A stretch of 32,649 nucleotides of DNA from a virus (lineage: Duplodnaviria > Heunggongvirae > Uroviricota > Caudoviricetes). Location of the stretch: positions 1-32,649 of IMG/VR virus record IMGVR_UViG_2778261544_000010; one strand, written 5' to 3'. Made by a program: the position numbers and the translations under genes. Below are positions 1-13,139 of the stretch, piece after piece. The notes under the pieces were generated by a model. The model searched no databases, was not told the DNA's origin, and saw only the letters and a program-made list of their open reading frames with translations. The first letter of the stretch is position 1, and the number at the start of each line of letters is the position of its first letter.

Positions 1-222
1 CTACAGCACATCATCAGTCCGGACAAACAGGGACGGGCTGGAGCCTTCAACGCGCACGCCCTGTCCGGCATAGCTGATATTTTCAGGGTCATCAAAAACA
101 CCACGTATCACAGCACCGGACTGCTCACCGGATGTCATGGTGGCTGACGTTCCCATGTACCCGCGTATCGTTTCATCGGCGCAGGCAATGGCAGCATCGA
201 ACAGGTTATCGAAATCAGCCAC
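1..222 (-). CDS. FII: Head-tail joining protein FII (3' end runs off window start)
   Basis: ORF translation MADFDNLFDAAIA...SLFVRTD matches my memory of lambda gpFII N-terminal 73 aa almost residue for residue. Confidence 0.9.
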   Translation of the reverse strand: MADFDNLFDAAIACADETIRGYMGTSATMTSGEQSGAVIRGVFDDPENISYAGQGVRVEGSSPSLFVRTDDVL

Positions 223-233
223 AGCGCCTCCCG

Positions 234-632
234 TTATTGCATTCTGGCCAGGCCGCGCTCTGTCATTTCAGCTGCCACACCGGCAGAGACACGGAACGCC
301 GTTCCCGGCAGCACAAATGCCACAGGTTCATCCCGCGTGGCGTGAAGTGCATCGGTATGCAGCGTCACCAGTGCCACGACCGTGACCAGTTCAGCCGTAT
401 CCTGAATCACGGTATCCGGCTGCACTGATACAACCTCATTTTCATGTCCGGTCAGCACATTTTCCGGGCTGAGAGGGGTATGCTGACCGGCAGTGTCGCC
501 CGTGTCATCAAGCTCTTCTTCCAGCTCTGCCACACGGAGCGCCAGTTCTTCTTTCGTCCCCGTCAGGCTGACATCACGGTTCAGTTGCTCACCCAGCACC
601 TGAAGACGGGCAATCAGTTCATCTTTCGTCAT
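234..632 (-). CDS. FI: Head assembly/DNA packaging protein FI
   Basis: From internal ATG at 632 the protein MTKDELIARL...ERGLARMQ (132 aa) is near-identical to remembered lambda gpFI. Confidence 0.9.
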   Translation of the reverse strand: MTKDELIARLQVLGEQLNRDVSLTGTKEELALRVAELEEELDDTGDTAGQHTPLSPENVLTGHENEVVSVQPDTVIQDTAELVTVVALVTLHTDALHATRDEPVAFVLPGTAFRVSAGVAAEMTERGLARMQ

Positions 633-673
633 GGACTCCTCCACAGAGAAACAATGGCCCCGAAGGGCCATGA

Positions 674-1699
674 TTACGCCAGTTGTACAGACACGAACTC
701 ATCAGGGTCAGCCAGCAGCATCAGCGGTGCTGACTGAATCATGGTGAACTCACGCGCCGGGTCGCCGGTGGTCACCCAGTTTTTCGGGTAACGGGCAGAG
801 GCGTTAATGCCTTCGCGCTGTGCGTCCGCATCCTGAATGCAACCATAGGTGCGCAGACCGCGTGCCTGAGTGTTCCCCAGCACCATCGTGTTGTCCGGCA
901 GGAAGTTCTTTTTGACACCGTTTTCCACGTACTGTCCGGAATACACGACGATGGCAACATCGCCATACATCCCCTTATAGGACACCGCTTTACCCAGGTC
1001 TTTCACCGCTGTCTCCAGCTCGGAATGAGAGCCACGACGGGTATCCAGCTTCTCCCTGACGGCCTTGAAGGAACGGAACAGCGCCCAGCCTTTCGGATCA
1101 AACACGATGATATTCACCACACCGCTGGCGTTCAGCGCGTAGGCTTCGATATCGTCGGTCGGGTCATACGTGGACTTGTCGCGATTGCTCCACTCCGTGC
1201 CACCGGACTGTGTGATGTTGTTCGCCGCACTGCGCCCCATATCCACCTCAACCGGATCAAAGGCTTCACCGGTCATGGTGTATTTGCCCTTAAGCACGGC
1301 AGAAACTGCCTGCATCTCTTCGACCTGGGCAATGGCCAGCTCTTCATCACGCATGTTCTGCATGATGATGCGACGGCGGCGGTAAGCCGGGTCCGCCAGA
1401 TTCTGCGGATCTTCATCCGGCAGGCGACGCAGGGTCATCTGCGGATTCACCTCATGCTTGGGTTTGACATAACCCGGCGTAAATTCAGAGGTGGAGCCGC
1501 CACGGGAGCGGATAACCTCACCGGAAACAATCGGCGAAACGTACAGCGCCATGTTTACCAGTCCCGGAATTTGTGAGAGATAGACTTTCTCCGTGGTGAA
1601 GGGATAGCTCTCACGGAAAAAGATACGCAGAAACAGCGGATCAAACTTAAATTTCTGCTCATTTGCCGCCAGCAGCTGGGCGGTTGTGTACATTGACAT
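674..1699 (-). CDS. E: Major capsid protein E (HK97 fold)
   Basis: From ATG at 1699, 341 aa MSMYTTAQLLAANEQKFKF...FVSVQLA is near-identical to lambda gpE. The ORF-track upstream extension (1726) is rejected. Confidence 0.95.
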   Translation of the reverse strand: MSMYTTAQLLAANEQKFKFDPLFLRIFFRESYPFTTEKVYLSQIPGLVNMALYVSPIVSGEVIRSRGGSTSEFTPGYVKPKHEVNPQMTLRRLPDEDPQNLADPAYRRRRIIMQNMRDEELAIAQVEEMQAVSAVLKGKYTMTGEAFDPVEVDMGRSAANNITQSGGTEWSNRDKSTYDPTDDIEAYALNASGVVNIIVFDPKGWALFRSFKAVREKLDTRRGSHSELETAVKDLGKAVSYKGMYGDVAIVVYSGQYVENGVKKNFLPDNTMVLGNTQARGLRTYGCIQDADAQREGINASARYPKNWVTTGDPAREFTMIQSAPLMLLADPDEFVSVQLA

Positions 1700-1754
1700 A
1701 AAAAAATCCCGTAAAAAAAGCCGCACAGGCGGCCTTTAGTGATGAAGGGTAAAG

Positions 1755-2087
1755 TTAAACGATGCTGATTGCCGTTCCGGCAAACGCGGTCCGTTTTTTC
1801 GTCTCGTCGCTGGCAGCCTCCGGCCAGAGCACATCCTCATAACGGAACGTGCCGGACTTGTAGAACGTCAGCGTGGTGCTGGTCTGGTCAGCAGCAACCG
1901 CAAGAATGCCAACAGCAGCACCGTCGGTGGTGCCATCCCACGCAACCAGCTTACGGGTGGATGTGTCCAGCATCAGCGGGGTCATTGCAGGCGCTTTCGC
2001 ACTCAATCCGCCGGGCGCGGTTGCGGTATGAGCCGGGTCACTGTTGCCCAGCGGCTGGTAATGGGTAAAGGTTTCTTTGCTCGTCAT
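1755..2087 (-). CDS. D: Head decoration protein D
   Basis: From ATG at 2087, 110 aa [12 protein letters not shown]...GTAISIV matches lambda gpD. Confidence 0.95.
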   Translation of the reverse strand: MTSKETFTHYQPLGNSDPAHTATAPGGLSAKAPAMTPLMLDTSTRKLVAWDGTTDGAAVGILAVAADQTSTTLTFYKSGTFRYEDVLWPEAASDETKKRTAFAGTAISIV

Positions 2088-2096
2088 AAACATCCC

Positions 2097-2702
2097 TTAC
2101 ACTGGTGTGTTCAGCAAATCGTTAACGGCATCAGATGCCGGGTTACCTGCAGCCAGCGGTGCCGGTGCACCCTGCATCAGACGATCCAGCGCAGTGTCAC
2201 TGCGCGCCTGTGCACTCTGTGGTGCTGCGGCCAGAATGCGGCGGGCCGTTTCCACGGTCATACCGGGGGTTTCTGCCAGCACGCGAGCCTGTTCTTCGCG
2301 TCCGTGAGCCTCCTCACAGTTGAGGATCCCCATAATGCGGCTGTTTTCTGCCGCAACCGCTGCGGTGATCTGCGCATTCACGTCCGGCTGCGCCGCGCTG
2401 GCGTTTTCGCCCTCCGTCGCTGGCATCACTTCAGTAACGTCAGCCTGCGAAGCAGTGGCTGAAACAGTTGTTGATTGAGTCTCTTTGGTCATTCGCCCTC
2501 CTGAGAGACGGGATTTACGTGCATCCAGTGCATCACGCATGACGGTGATCGCATCGGTGCTGTTAACAAGTTCATCAGCCAGTCCGGCATCAATGGCCTC
2601 CTGACCGCTGTACACTGCAGCCTCGGTATCCAGCACAGCCTGCACAGACAGGCCGGTATATGCCGACACCTTCTGCGCAAACATCCGGCGGGTTGCGTCC
2701 AT
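2097..2702 (-). CDS. nu3: Scaffolding protein Nu3 (in-frame internal start within C)
   Basis: ATG at 2702 (MDATRR...) lies exactly 201 codons before the shared stop, the same nested arrangement as lambda C/nu3. Confidence 0.6.
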   Translation of the reverse strand: MDATRRMFAQKVSAYTGLSVQAVLDTEAAVYSGQEAIDAGLADELVNSTDAITVMRDALDARKSRLSGGRMTKETQSTTVSATASQADVTEVMPATEGENASAAQPDVNAQITAAVAAENSRIMGILNCEEAHGREEQARVLAETPGMTVETARRILAAAPQSAQARSDTALDRLMQGAPAPLAAGNPASDAVNDLLNTPV

Positions 2703-3396
2703 CCGGGACTGCAGTGTCTCCCGGACGTCATCCAGAAGATGGCTGTAGGGGTTGCCATCCACCTTATGGCTGCCGCTGTAAATCAGCGTGATTTCCACAC
2801 CCTGTTTCTCCAGCGCAGCACCGTAATTACTGTGAGCCATCATGACGCCGATGGAGCCTGTCCGGGCGGTCTGCGTGACCAGACGCCGGGAGGCAGCACT
2901 GGCAAGCAGCTGACCTGCACTGCAGTTCATGTCGTTGGCCAGCGCCCATACCGGTTTTATGTCACGCACACGGGCGATGATGTCAGCGCAGTCAAATGCT
3001 CCCGCCACCATTCCGCCTGGCGTGTCCATATCGAGCAGAATGCCGTCCACCATCGGATCGCTGGCAGCCTGTTGCAGACGGGCGATAATGCCGTTGTAAC
3101 CGGTCATCCCCGAATACGGCTGAAGCGCCCGCGTCCGGCTGACCAGCGTGCCGGACACCGGCAGCACGGCGATGCCGTTCATGACCTGATAACTGCGGGC
3201 CTGTCGTGGTCCGTCATCATCACCGGATAACGCCAGCGTCGCGGGTGCCTCTCCGGCAGCCAGGCTGTCACCGGACACCGCATCCGTCAGGCGGCTGATC
3301 CCAAGCTGGCCAGCAAGCGCACAAAAGAAAACCCGCGCATAGGCGGGTTCAAGCATCAGCGGCTCATTAAAGGCCATGCTGGCAATATGCGGGAGA

Positions 3397-3416
<20 letters not shown>
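2097..3416 (-). CDS. C: Capsid assembly protease / minor capsid protein C
   Basis: GTG start at 3416 (verified codon by codon: GTG ACA GCA GAG CTG) gives 439 aa MTAELRNLPHIASMAFNEP... matching lambda gpC. Its first 20 nt overlap the end of B, as in lambda. Confidence 0.9.
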
Positions 3417-7097
<3,681 letters not shown>

Positions 7098-7123
<26 letters not shown>

Positions 7124-7643
7124 TCAGCAACCCCGGTATCAGTTCATCCAGCGCGGCTGCTTTGTTCATGGCTTTGATGATATCCCGTTTCAGGAAATCA
7201 ACATGTCGGTTTTCCAGTTCCGGAAAACGCCGCTGCACCGACAGGGGGATCCCGTCGAGAATACTGGCAATTTCACCTGCGATCCGCGACAGCACGAAAG
7301 TACAGAATGCGGTTTCCACCACTTCAGCGGAGTCTCTGGCATTTTTCAGCTCCTGTGCATCGGCCTGCGCACGCGTAAGTCGATGGCGTTCGTACTCAAT
7401 AGTCCCAGGCTGGAGATCTGTCTCGCTGGCCTGCCGCAGTTCTTCAACCTCCCGGCGCAGCTTTTCGTTCTCAATTTCAGCATCCCTTTCGGCATACCAT
7501 TTTATGACGGCGGCAGAGTCATAAAGCACCTCATTACCCTTGCCACCGCCTCGCAGAACGGGCATTCCCTGTTCCTGCCAGTTCTGAATGGTACGGATAC
7601 TCGCACCGAAAATGTCAGCCAGCTGCTTTTTGTTGACTTCCAT
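7098..7643 (-). CDS. nu1: Terminase small subunit Nu1
   Basis: 181 aa MEVNKKQLADIFGASIRTIQNWQEQGMPV... is near-identical to lambda gpNu1. It overlaps the A start as in lambda. Confidence 0.95.
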
Positions 7644-7875
7644 TGCTCATTCCACGGACAAAAACAGAGAAAGGAAACGACAGAGGCCAAAAAGCCCGTT
7701 TTCAGCACCTGTCGTTTCCTTTCTTTTCAGGGGGTGTTTTAAATAAAAACATTAGGTTACGGCGAAGAAGAACGGAAACGCCTTAAACCGGAAAATTTTC
7801 ATAAATAGCGAAAACCCGCGCGCCTTCCGCCCCGTAACGTTCTGGATTGCCGGAAAGGACCCGTAGGACAGAAGA
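7644..7875 (-). other. cos: cos site (cosQ-cosN-cosB) of lambda type with a variant cosN core
   Basis: The minus-strand read is almost base-for-base lambda cos, including cosB R3/R2/R1 motifs (AAGGAAACGACAG, CTGTCGTTTCC, GGCGTTTCCGTTC) and a cosQ-like TACGGGTCCTTTCCGG. The inferred 12-nt overhang at 7821-7832 reads GGGCGGAAGGCG instead of lambda GGGCGGCGACCT. Confidence 0.8.
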
Positions 7876-7881
7876 TCAGGT

Positions 7882-8091
7882 TTACCTACTGTGTAAATCG
7901 CCATCCTTCAGCCCTGTCATCAGCGCCTGATTAACTAACGGCATCAGTTCGTGAACGATGGCAAGAAACTCCAGGAAAAGTTCGTTCTGAGTCTTCTCAT
8001 CTGCCTCAGCCTGTCGCTGCTCGTATTCCTTCACCTTACTTTCAAGTTGGTTAATACGTGCATTGAGTGCCTCGAAAACAGCTACTGACAT
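7882..8091 (-). CDS. Hypothetical small coiled-coil protein (69 aa) adjacent to cos
   Basis: ATG at 8091 is preceded by GAGG 5 nt upstream. Protein MSVAVFEALNARINQLESKVKEYEQRQ... has no homolog I recognise. The ORF-track 5' extension is rejected. Confidence 0.45.
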   Translation of the reverse strand: MSVAVFEALNARINQLESKVKEYEQRQAEADEKTQNELFLEFLAIVHELMPLVNQALMTGLKDGDLHSR

Positions 8092-8423
8092 ATCTACCTC
8101 AAAGCAATAAAAGAAATGCGTGCGGCCACGGTCGCACAGACCTGAATACACGTCCTGTTTCTTCCACCCCCGCACAGGACTGGCGAGCATGAGGGACAAA
8201 CCCGCGAATCATAAACGCGGTAAAAACCCGGTGTGCATCGTTTTTGATTATTCCCGCACACTCGCGCAGAAGGAATTCCCCGTCGGGCTACGGTCATGGT
8301 TAATGCAGGAATACGGCGACGATACAGCGCACAATGTGTCAGGCTTGAATACCTTTATCGAATCCCGGTAACGAATTCTCCTGACGTTCCAGTCAGGTGA
8401 TGATATGCATGGTGAGATTCAGA

Positions 8424-8452
8424 TATGAAAAAGCCCCGCTAAAAGCGAGGCC
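8424..8452 (-). terminator. Putative intrinsic terminator downstream of the 8470-8844 cargo gene
   Basis: Minus-strand read GCCTCGC-TTTTA-GCGGGGC followed by TTTTT. Confidence 0.4.
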
Positions 8453-8469
8453 ATAAATCACTTAATATC

Positions 8470-8844
8470 TTATTGAGGACGCTGGAGTAATCCGTGCTGA
8501 GCGAGAGTTAGAGCAATGTCATAAGACCCTTGCCTGTCTTTATAGCAAGTTTTATCAACTAGCTCAGCTTTGCTAATTCCGGGTAAATCAAGAATCAGAT
8601 TCGCAACTTCAATTGCCCTTTGGTACAACTTACCGATCTTTTTCTCCCCATGATGTGGTTTTACATTCTTCAGATAACCGCTATCCGCCAGAGCGAGAAA
8701 CGTTGCCCTTGGGCATCCCTTCTTTCTTGCCGATTCGCTTTCTGTAACCTCAGCGACAGCAGCATCCCATGCATCACGAGGGGATATAGAATTATCAGCA
8801 ACCAAATAATAAGCAATTAAAGCGGCGCGCGCGTATTGAGACAT
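8470..8844 (-). CDS. Hypothetical protein (124 aa from ATG 8844; 141 aa if GTG 8895 is used), cargo between Rz and cos
   Basis: Long ORF on the late strand in the lambda bor slot. No homolog recognised. Both candidate starts have weak RBS. It is followed by a hairpin plus T-run. Confidence 0.5.
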   Translation of the reverse strand: MSQYARAALIAYYLVADNSISPRDAWDAAVAEVTESESARKKGCPRATFLALADSGYLKNVKPHHGEKKIGKLYQRAIEVANLILDLPGISKAELVDKTCYKDRQGSYDIALTLAQHGLLQRPQ

Positions 8845-8882
8845 AATGCATCCATATACAAAAATCTTATGATAAGACTTTT

Positions 8883-9326
8883 CTAATATGAACACTGTGA
8901 TCTCACATACTCTTGCAGGCCATTCAATTGGTTAGTTATGGTTTCGATGCGCTCTCTGAGAACGAAATAATCCCGTTGAGCGGTGTCAGTAAGTCTGGGG
9001 CTGGCGCCATCATCCACGCCGGAGGCGGCGGTGGTTTTATGCATGTCCGGACAGACTGCTTTGACGTGCAGCCACTTACGACCAGCAGAAACATCAGCAC
9101 GAAGACTTTCGATAGTCGCGTTAGCATCAGCAAGCTCCTTTGTGTATCTGGCGTCGAGTTCTGCTACATCACGTTGACGCTTCTGCATGTCAGCGATAAT
9201 AGATGCGGCTTTATCACGCTGCTCTTTGTAGGCGATGGCGTTATCACGATAATGATTGACCGCCCATGACAGGCTGACGATGATGCAGATAACCAGAACG
9301 GAGATAATCGCGGTTACCCTGCTCAT
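8883..9326 (-). CDS. Rz: i-spanin Rz
   Basis: [30 protein letters not shown]... matches lambda Rz (N-terminal TM plus coiled coil). The ATG at 9326 overlaps the R stop (ATGA). Confidence 0.85.
   Translation of the reverse strand: MSRVTAIISVLVICIIVSLSWAVNHYRDNAIAYKEQRDKAASIIADMQKRQRDVAELDARYTKELADANATIESLRADVSAGRKWLHVKAVCPDMHKTTAASGVDDGASPRLTDTAQRDYFVLRERIETITNQLNGLQEYVRSQCSY
8936..9133 (-). CDS. Rz1: o-spanin Rz1 (embedded in Rz, +1 frame)
   Basis: 65 aa ORF with lipobox LVVSGC and a proline run KPPPPPAW, like lambda Rz1 (VVVGCTSKQS...KPPPPPAW), fully nested in Rz. Confidence 0.7.
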   Translation of the reverse strand: MLMLTRLSKVFVLMFLLVVSGCTSKQSVRTCIKPPPPPAWMMAPAPDLLTPLNGIISFSESASKP

Positions 9327-9820
9327 TGTTGCCCCCACAAACAGACCTCACGCTCAATCTCACGACGAGTCATCAGGCCTTTCCATTGCTTACCGCCAGC
9401 GTATGTCCATCGACGTAGCTGGTCACATGCGCCCTTGATATCGCCCTGGTTTATTTTGCGAAGAAGAGTAGATGTTCTGAAATTGCCTGCGCCCACGTTA
9501 TAGACGAACGAGTAAAGAGCGCCGCGCGTTGTTTCCGGTATATCGACTTTGATGTACGGGTTAATTTGTCTGGCGACAGTGGCAAGGTCTTTATTCAGGA
9601 GGGCTTTGCATTCTGCTTCGGTATACGTTTTACCGAGCATAATGTCTTTTCCGGTGTGCCCGTAACATACAGTCCATACGCCAACGATATCTTTATATGG
9701 TATGTAGCTGACACCTTCCAGACCATCGTCACCACTCGGACCAGTGATAAGCACAGACGCTATGGCAACAGCCCCACCACCAATAGCAGCTGCAACAGCC
9801 TTGCGTAATGATGGCGACAT
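9323..9820 (-). CDS. R: SAR endolysin (phage 21 R-type lysozyme, GH24)
   Basis: 165 aa [27 protein letters not shown]... is near-identical to remembered P21 R, with a Gly/Ala-rich N-terminal SAR domain. Confidence 0.9.
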   Translation of the reverse strand: MSPSLRKAVAAAIGGGAVAIASVLITGPSGDDGLEGVSYIPYKDIVGVWTVCYGHTGKDIMLGKTYTEAECKALLNKDLATVARQINPYIKVDIPETTRGALYSFVYNVGAGNFRTSTLLRKINQGDIKGACDQLRRWTYAGGKQWKGLMTRREIEREVCLWGQQ

Positions 9821-10035
9821 TATTCACCTCTCGCAGCCTTACGCTTGTCTTCTCTGATTTTGAAGTACAGATTTGTCAGATAAGTCAGGAAGCCCAGAAC
9901 CAGACTTCCCAGCACACCAATAGCAGCCCACTGTGATGGACTGACCTGATCAAGCCACTGTAAAAACCAGTAGCCAGCACTGCCTGCGGAGGTGCCGTAG
10001 GCAATGCCCGTTGTTAACTTGTCCATGGATTTCAT
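9820..10035 (-). CDS. S: Pinholin S21 (dual-start holin/antiholin)
   Basis: From ATG 10035, 71 aa [29 protein letters not shown]...RKAARGE matches phage 21 S. A second ATG sits at codon 4 and GGAGGTG precedes the first. The stop overlaps the R start. Confidence 0.9.
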   Translation of the reverse strand: MKSMDKLTTGIAYGTSAGSAGYWFLQWLDQVSPSQWAAIGVLGSLVLGFLTYLTNLYFKIREDKRKAARGE

Positions 10036-10224
10036 AGTCTCACCTCCGCAAATAACGGATGGTGTACACGGTTCGGAACGAAGAGGGAAAGGTATAGAAG
10101 TTACATTAGCGTAAGGCTTGAACATCTATTCAAAAAGAAAAACGCCAGCGATTATTCTGGCGTAGCTGAAAGCATCATACAATTATCAAATACGAAAATC
10201 ACAAAATCATTAAAACGCATCACG

Positions 10225-10956
10225 TTACATCATTTCTTTTTCTAAAAAAAATCTTGATGAATATTGATGGGGAGGAACACCAAAATATCTTCTGAAAACA
10301 CTTACAAAATATGACGTGTTTTCATAACCGCATATCTCAGCAACTTTTCCAACAGAATATAAATTGTAGCTTAATAACCTTTCCGCCATCACCATTCGCT
10401 CTTCAAGAATTAATTTACTAAATGATAAGCCTTCGTGCTTTAATTTTCTTTTTAACAGACTTTCACTCAGATACAGCCTTGAAGATATATCACAAAGTCT
10501 CCATGCTGCAGATATATCCGTGTGAATAATAGCCTTAACTTTACTTCCTAAACTATTAAGACATCCAAATAAAAAACTTTGCACTATTTTCTCTGAAGAT
10601 AAGATAGCAAGACATGCAAGTGATATTTGATTTCTAACAACATCCACAGTTCTGCCATCACAATTCAAGCATGCAATCAAGTTCTTTAACAATGAAAAAT
10701 CTTCACATTCCACCATCAAGTATGCCGGATAAAACCTTCTTACAGAAAAAGGTGAGAGTGTGTTGCTTTTAAAGAAATCATTAACTGTTTTCTCTTCAAC
10801 ATCTACGATCATTACATGATCTATATTTGGTGAAAAAAAATCTTTTAAATTGTAATCAATGAGAACAGCACTTCCTTTTTTAAACAAAATATCTTCTTTA
10901 CCAATTCGGACATCAAACGAGTTCAACACCAAAATGATAGAACATATGTATGGCAT
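10225..10956 (-). CDS. AraC/XylS-family transcriptional regulator (cargo between Q and holin)
   Basis: C-terminal AraC-type HTH region (...VGKVAEICGYENTSYFVSVFRRYFGVPPHQY). ATG 10956 is preceded by AGGTGG. Very AT-rich gene on the late strand. Confidence 0.8.
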   Translation of the reverse strand: MPYICSIILVLNSFDVRIGKEDILFKKGSAVLIDYNLKDFFSPNIDHVMIVDVEEKTVNDFFKSNTLSPFSVRRFYPAYLMVECEDFSLLKNLIACLNCDGRTVDVVRNQISLACLAILSSEKIVQSFLFGCLNSLGSKVKAIIHTDISAAWRLCDISSRLYLSESLLKRKLKHEGLSFSKLILEERMVMAERLLSYNLYSVGKVAEICGYENTSYFVSVFRRYFGVPPHQYSSRFFLEKEMM

Positions 10957-11307
10957 ATTATCCACCTGATATCATTGGGGTTACACCAGGTAAGTATAGG
11001 TGGAAAATCAATATTCGCCAGTTCAACAATAAGGAAAATCTCATTGCATCACAAGTATAAAATTATGTATTTAACTCACAAAGACAAATTATTAAACCAA
11101 TCTGTTATATTATATATAGCTGCGTGGAATCATAATATTATATATTTTGACTGACATGTTTACCAACTTTAAGTTGCATCTCAATGGTTTCTTCAGCGTA
11201 AACAGAGTTTTTATACAAACTGACACTCTGGGTATCATAGTGTAGTTTTTACGATTGTAAATATCCTGCATGCAGGAACTCATCCTTTTGGATGATATCG
11301 CATACAA

Positions 11308-12267
11308 TTAATTTACCATCAGTCTTAGAGCCAGTTCGTCCGGATAGGGATCGAAGTAATTCTGTGTAAGCAAGTAATCATTAGGATACTCACCCAGATA
11401 ATGCTTCAGCAGAGTCAACGGCGCAAGAAGAGGCAATGTGCCAGAACGATAGTTAAGTATAACCTCACTCAACTCTTTACGCTGGCGTGTACTTAAGTAG
11501 TTACTAAAATACCCCTGTATATGCATCAGCACATTCGTGTGATTTTTACGTGATGCAGGTTTTCTGAGAATCGCCATCAGCTTATCACGATACACCTCAA
11601 AGTATGATTCAAGGTCCGCCCACTCGTGTATTGCAGCCACAAATGGTCCCATATCTTTATAGCCTGCCTGACTATGCGCCAACAACTGAAGCTTATAACG
11701 ACTATGAAAAGCTAATAACTCTCTTCTTGATAATTTCTCCTTGTAAAGGTGATTGAGCTCATGCAAAGCAAAAACTCTTTCAACAAAATTCTCACGAAGC
11801 ACTGGATCATGTAATCGCCCATCCTCTTCAACCGGTAGCCAGGAAAACTTTTCCATCAAAGTGCTCGTAAATAGTCCCACTCCATCTTTACGACCTCGAT
11901 TACCATTTTCATCATAGACACGCACGCGCTCCATGCCACAGCTGGGAGATTTAGCACAAACCACAAACCCCGATACATCCTTTAATTTGTCCATATAAGA
12001 ACGACTAAACTCTGTCATTCTCTCTGTCACATCCTCATTCTGGTCGTAGCTGAAACACATCCGTATATTTCCTTGCGTCGAGCGCACAAGACGTAGAGCA
12101 GGACGCGGAACTGGCAGCCCTATAGCCATTTCCGGACATACTGGTCTGAATGTTACCCATTCCACTAATTTGTCCATTAAAAAGTCAGCTCTTTTGTGAC
12201 CACCATCAAAACGAACAGCAGAACCGGCCAAACAACCGCTGATTCCAATCACAGGTTTTTTTATCAT
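11308..12267 (-). CDS. DUF523 (TudS-like thiouracil desulfidase fold) fused to DUF1722 (YbgA-like)
   Basis: N-terminus MIKKPVIGISGCLAGSAVRFDGG resembles the DUF523/TudS signature (..SACLLGxxVRYDGG) and the C-terminal half resembles YbgA/DUF1722, both from memory. RBS GGGGGAG. On the late strand. Confidence 0.7.
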   Translation of the reverse strand: MIKKPVIGISGCLAGSAVRFDGGHKRADFLMDKLVEWVTFRPVCPEMAIGLPVPRPALRLVRSTQGNIRMCFSYDQNEDVTERMTEFSRSYMDKLKDVSGFVVCAKSPSCGMERVRVYDENGNRGRKDGVGLFTSTLMEKFSWLPVEEDGRLHDPVLRENFVERVFALHELNHLYKEKLSRRELLAFHSRYKLQLLAHSQAGYKDMGPFVAAIHEWADLESYFEVYRDKLMAILRKPASRKNHTNVLMHIQGYFSNYLSTRQRKELSEVILNYRSGTLPLLAPLTLLKHYLGEYPNDYLLTQNYFDPYPDELALRLMVN

Positions 12268-12459
12268 ATTCTCCCCCTTGACTAATTCATTAACACATAA
12301 ACTGTGTAGTGCACGGAATAAATTGCCTTTCTGGCGTCATCACTGACAATTTTTCTGTTATGGACTATTCCTAATATAGTATGAAAGTTCTTTAAGTGAT
12401 CGGTCGTAATCATCTATCTTTCATACTTACTCTCAACTATCAAAAGTACAGGATTTATT

Positions 12460-12984
12460 ATGAAGTTATGGCCTGTGTTGACTGGCATTGCACTCTCTTT
12501 CACTCTTATAGCATGTAAGGCCCCGACACCACCTAAAGGTGTGCAGCCGATTACAAATTTTGACGCCAACCGCTACCTCGGAAAATGGTATGAAATAGCT
12601 CGCCTCGAGAACCGGTTCGAACGTGGTCTGGAACAGGTCAGCGCTACTTATGGAAAACGGAACGACGGAGGGATTCGTGTACTTAACCGTGGATACGATC
12701 CAACGAAAAATAAATGGAGCGAGAGCGAAGGTAAAGCATACTTTACTGGAGATACTAAAACTGCAGCGTTGAAGGTTTCGTTTTTTGGCCCCTTCTATGG
12801 TGGCTATAATGTAATCAAACTGGATGATGAGTATAAGTATGCTCTTGTCAGTGGTCCGAACAGAGAATACCTATGGATTCTGGCAAGGACCCCAACTATT
12901 CCAGATAAAGTAAAAGCAGACTATGCGCGAACCGCTCAAAAGTTGGGATTCAATGTCAATGAATTATTATGGGTTAAACAATAA
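12460..12984 (+). CDS. blc: Blc-like outer-membrane lipocalin lipoprotein
   Basis: 174 aa with lipobox LIAC and motifs NFDANRYLGKWYEIARLENRFERGLE, KVSFFGPFYGGYNVI and YLWILARTPT that match E. coli Blc. Plus strand, convergent with the late operon. Confidence 0.85.
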   Translation: MKLWPVLTGIALSFTLIACKAPTPPKGVQPITNFDANRYLGKWYEIARLENRFERGLEQVSATYGKRNDGGIRVLNRGYDPTKNKWSESEGKAYFTGDTKTAALKVSFFGPFYGGYNVIKLDDEYKYALVSGPNREYLWILARTPTIPDKVKADYARTAQKLGFNVNELLWVKQ

Positions 12985-13012
12985 AATCCCTACCCGAAAT
13001 AATACTTATTAG

Positions 13013-13040
13013 AAAAAAACCAGCCTTTGGGGAGGCTGGC
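13013..13040 (-). terminator. Intrinsic terminator just downstream of Q and the putative late promoter (tR'-like)
   Basis: Hairpin CCAGCCT-loop-AGGCTGG followed on the minus strand by TTTTTTT. On the plus strand it is preceded by an A-run, so it may also terminate blc. Confidence 0.55.
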
Positions 13041-13094
13041 TAAATCAGGAAACAAGCTGTTATATGATAATAACTACGTTGCGATTCCAACATT

Positions 13095-13130
13095 TAAAAT
13101 GTTAGACTAATGACAATCAGACAGCAACTT
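13095..13130 (-). promoter_or_regulatory. Putative late promoter pR' (Q target) between Q stop and terminator
   Basis: Minus-strand TTGCTG-17 nt-TAACAT about 60 nt upstream of the terminator hairpin. Position is analogous to lambda pR'/6S RNA. By-eye prediction only. Confidence 0.3.
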
Positions 13131-13139
13131 TTCCTTTAA

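Noticed and set aside
1025-1576. 183-aa plus-strand ORF (and 1170-1385) inside the capsid gene
   Set aside because: Antisense to the conserved lambda E coding sequence; no independent support. Treated as a shadow ORF.
2028-3230. Several plus-strand ORFs (144, 163 aa) across D and C
   Set aside because: Overlap well-supported minus-strand genes in antisense; no RBS or homology.
8094-8371. ORFs of 67 aa (minus) and 83 aa (plus) between the 69-aa gene and the Rz-proximal cargo gene
   Set aside because: No convincing RBS. No lambda bor-like lipoprotein signature was seen. Left unannotated.
11110-11307. 65-aa minus-strand ORF between the DUF523 gene and the AraC gene
   Set aside because: Very AT-rich, low-complexity translation, no RBS, starts immediately after the upstream stop; likely non-coding.
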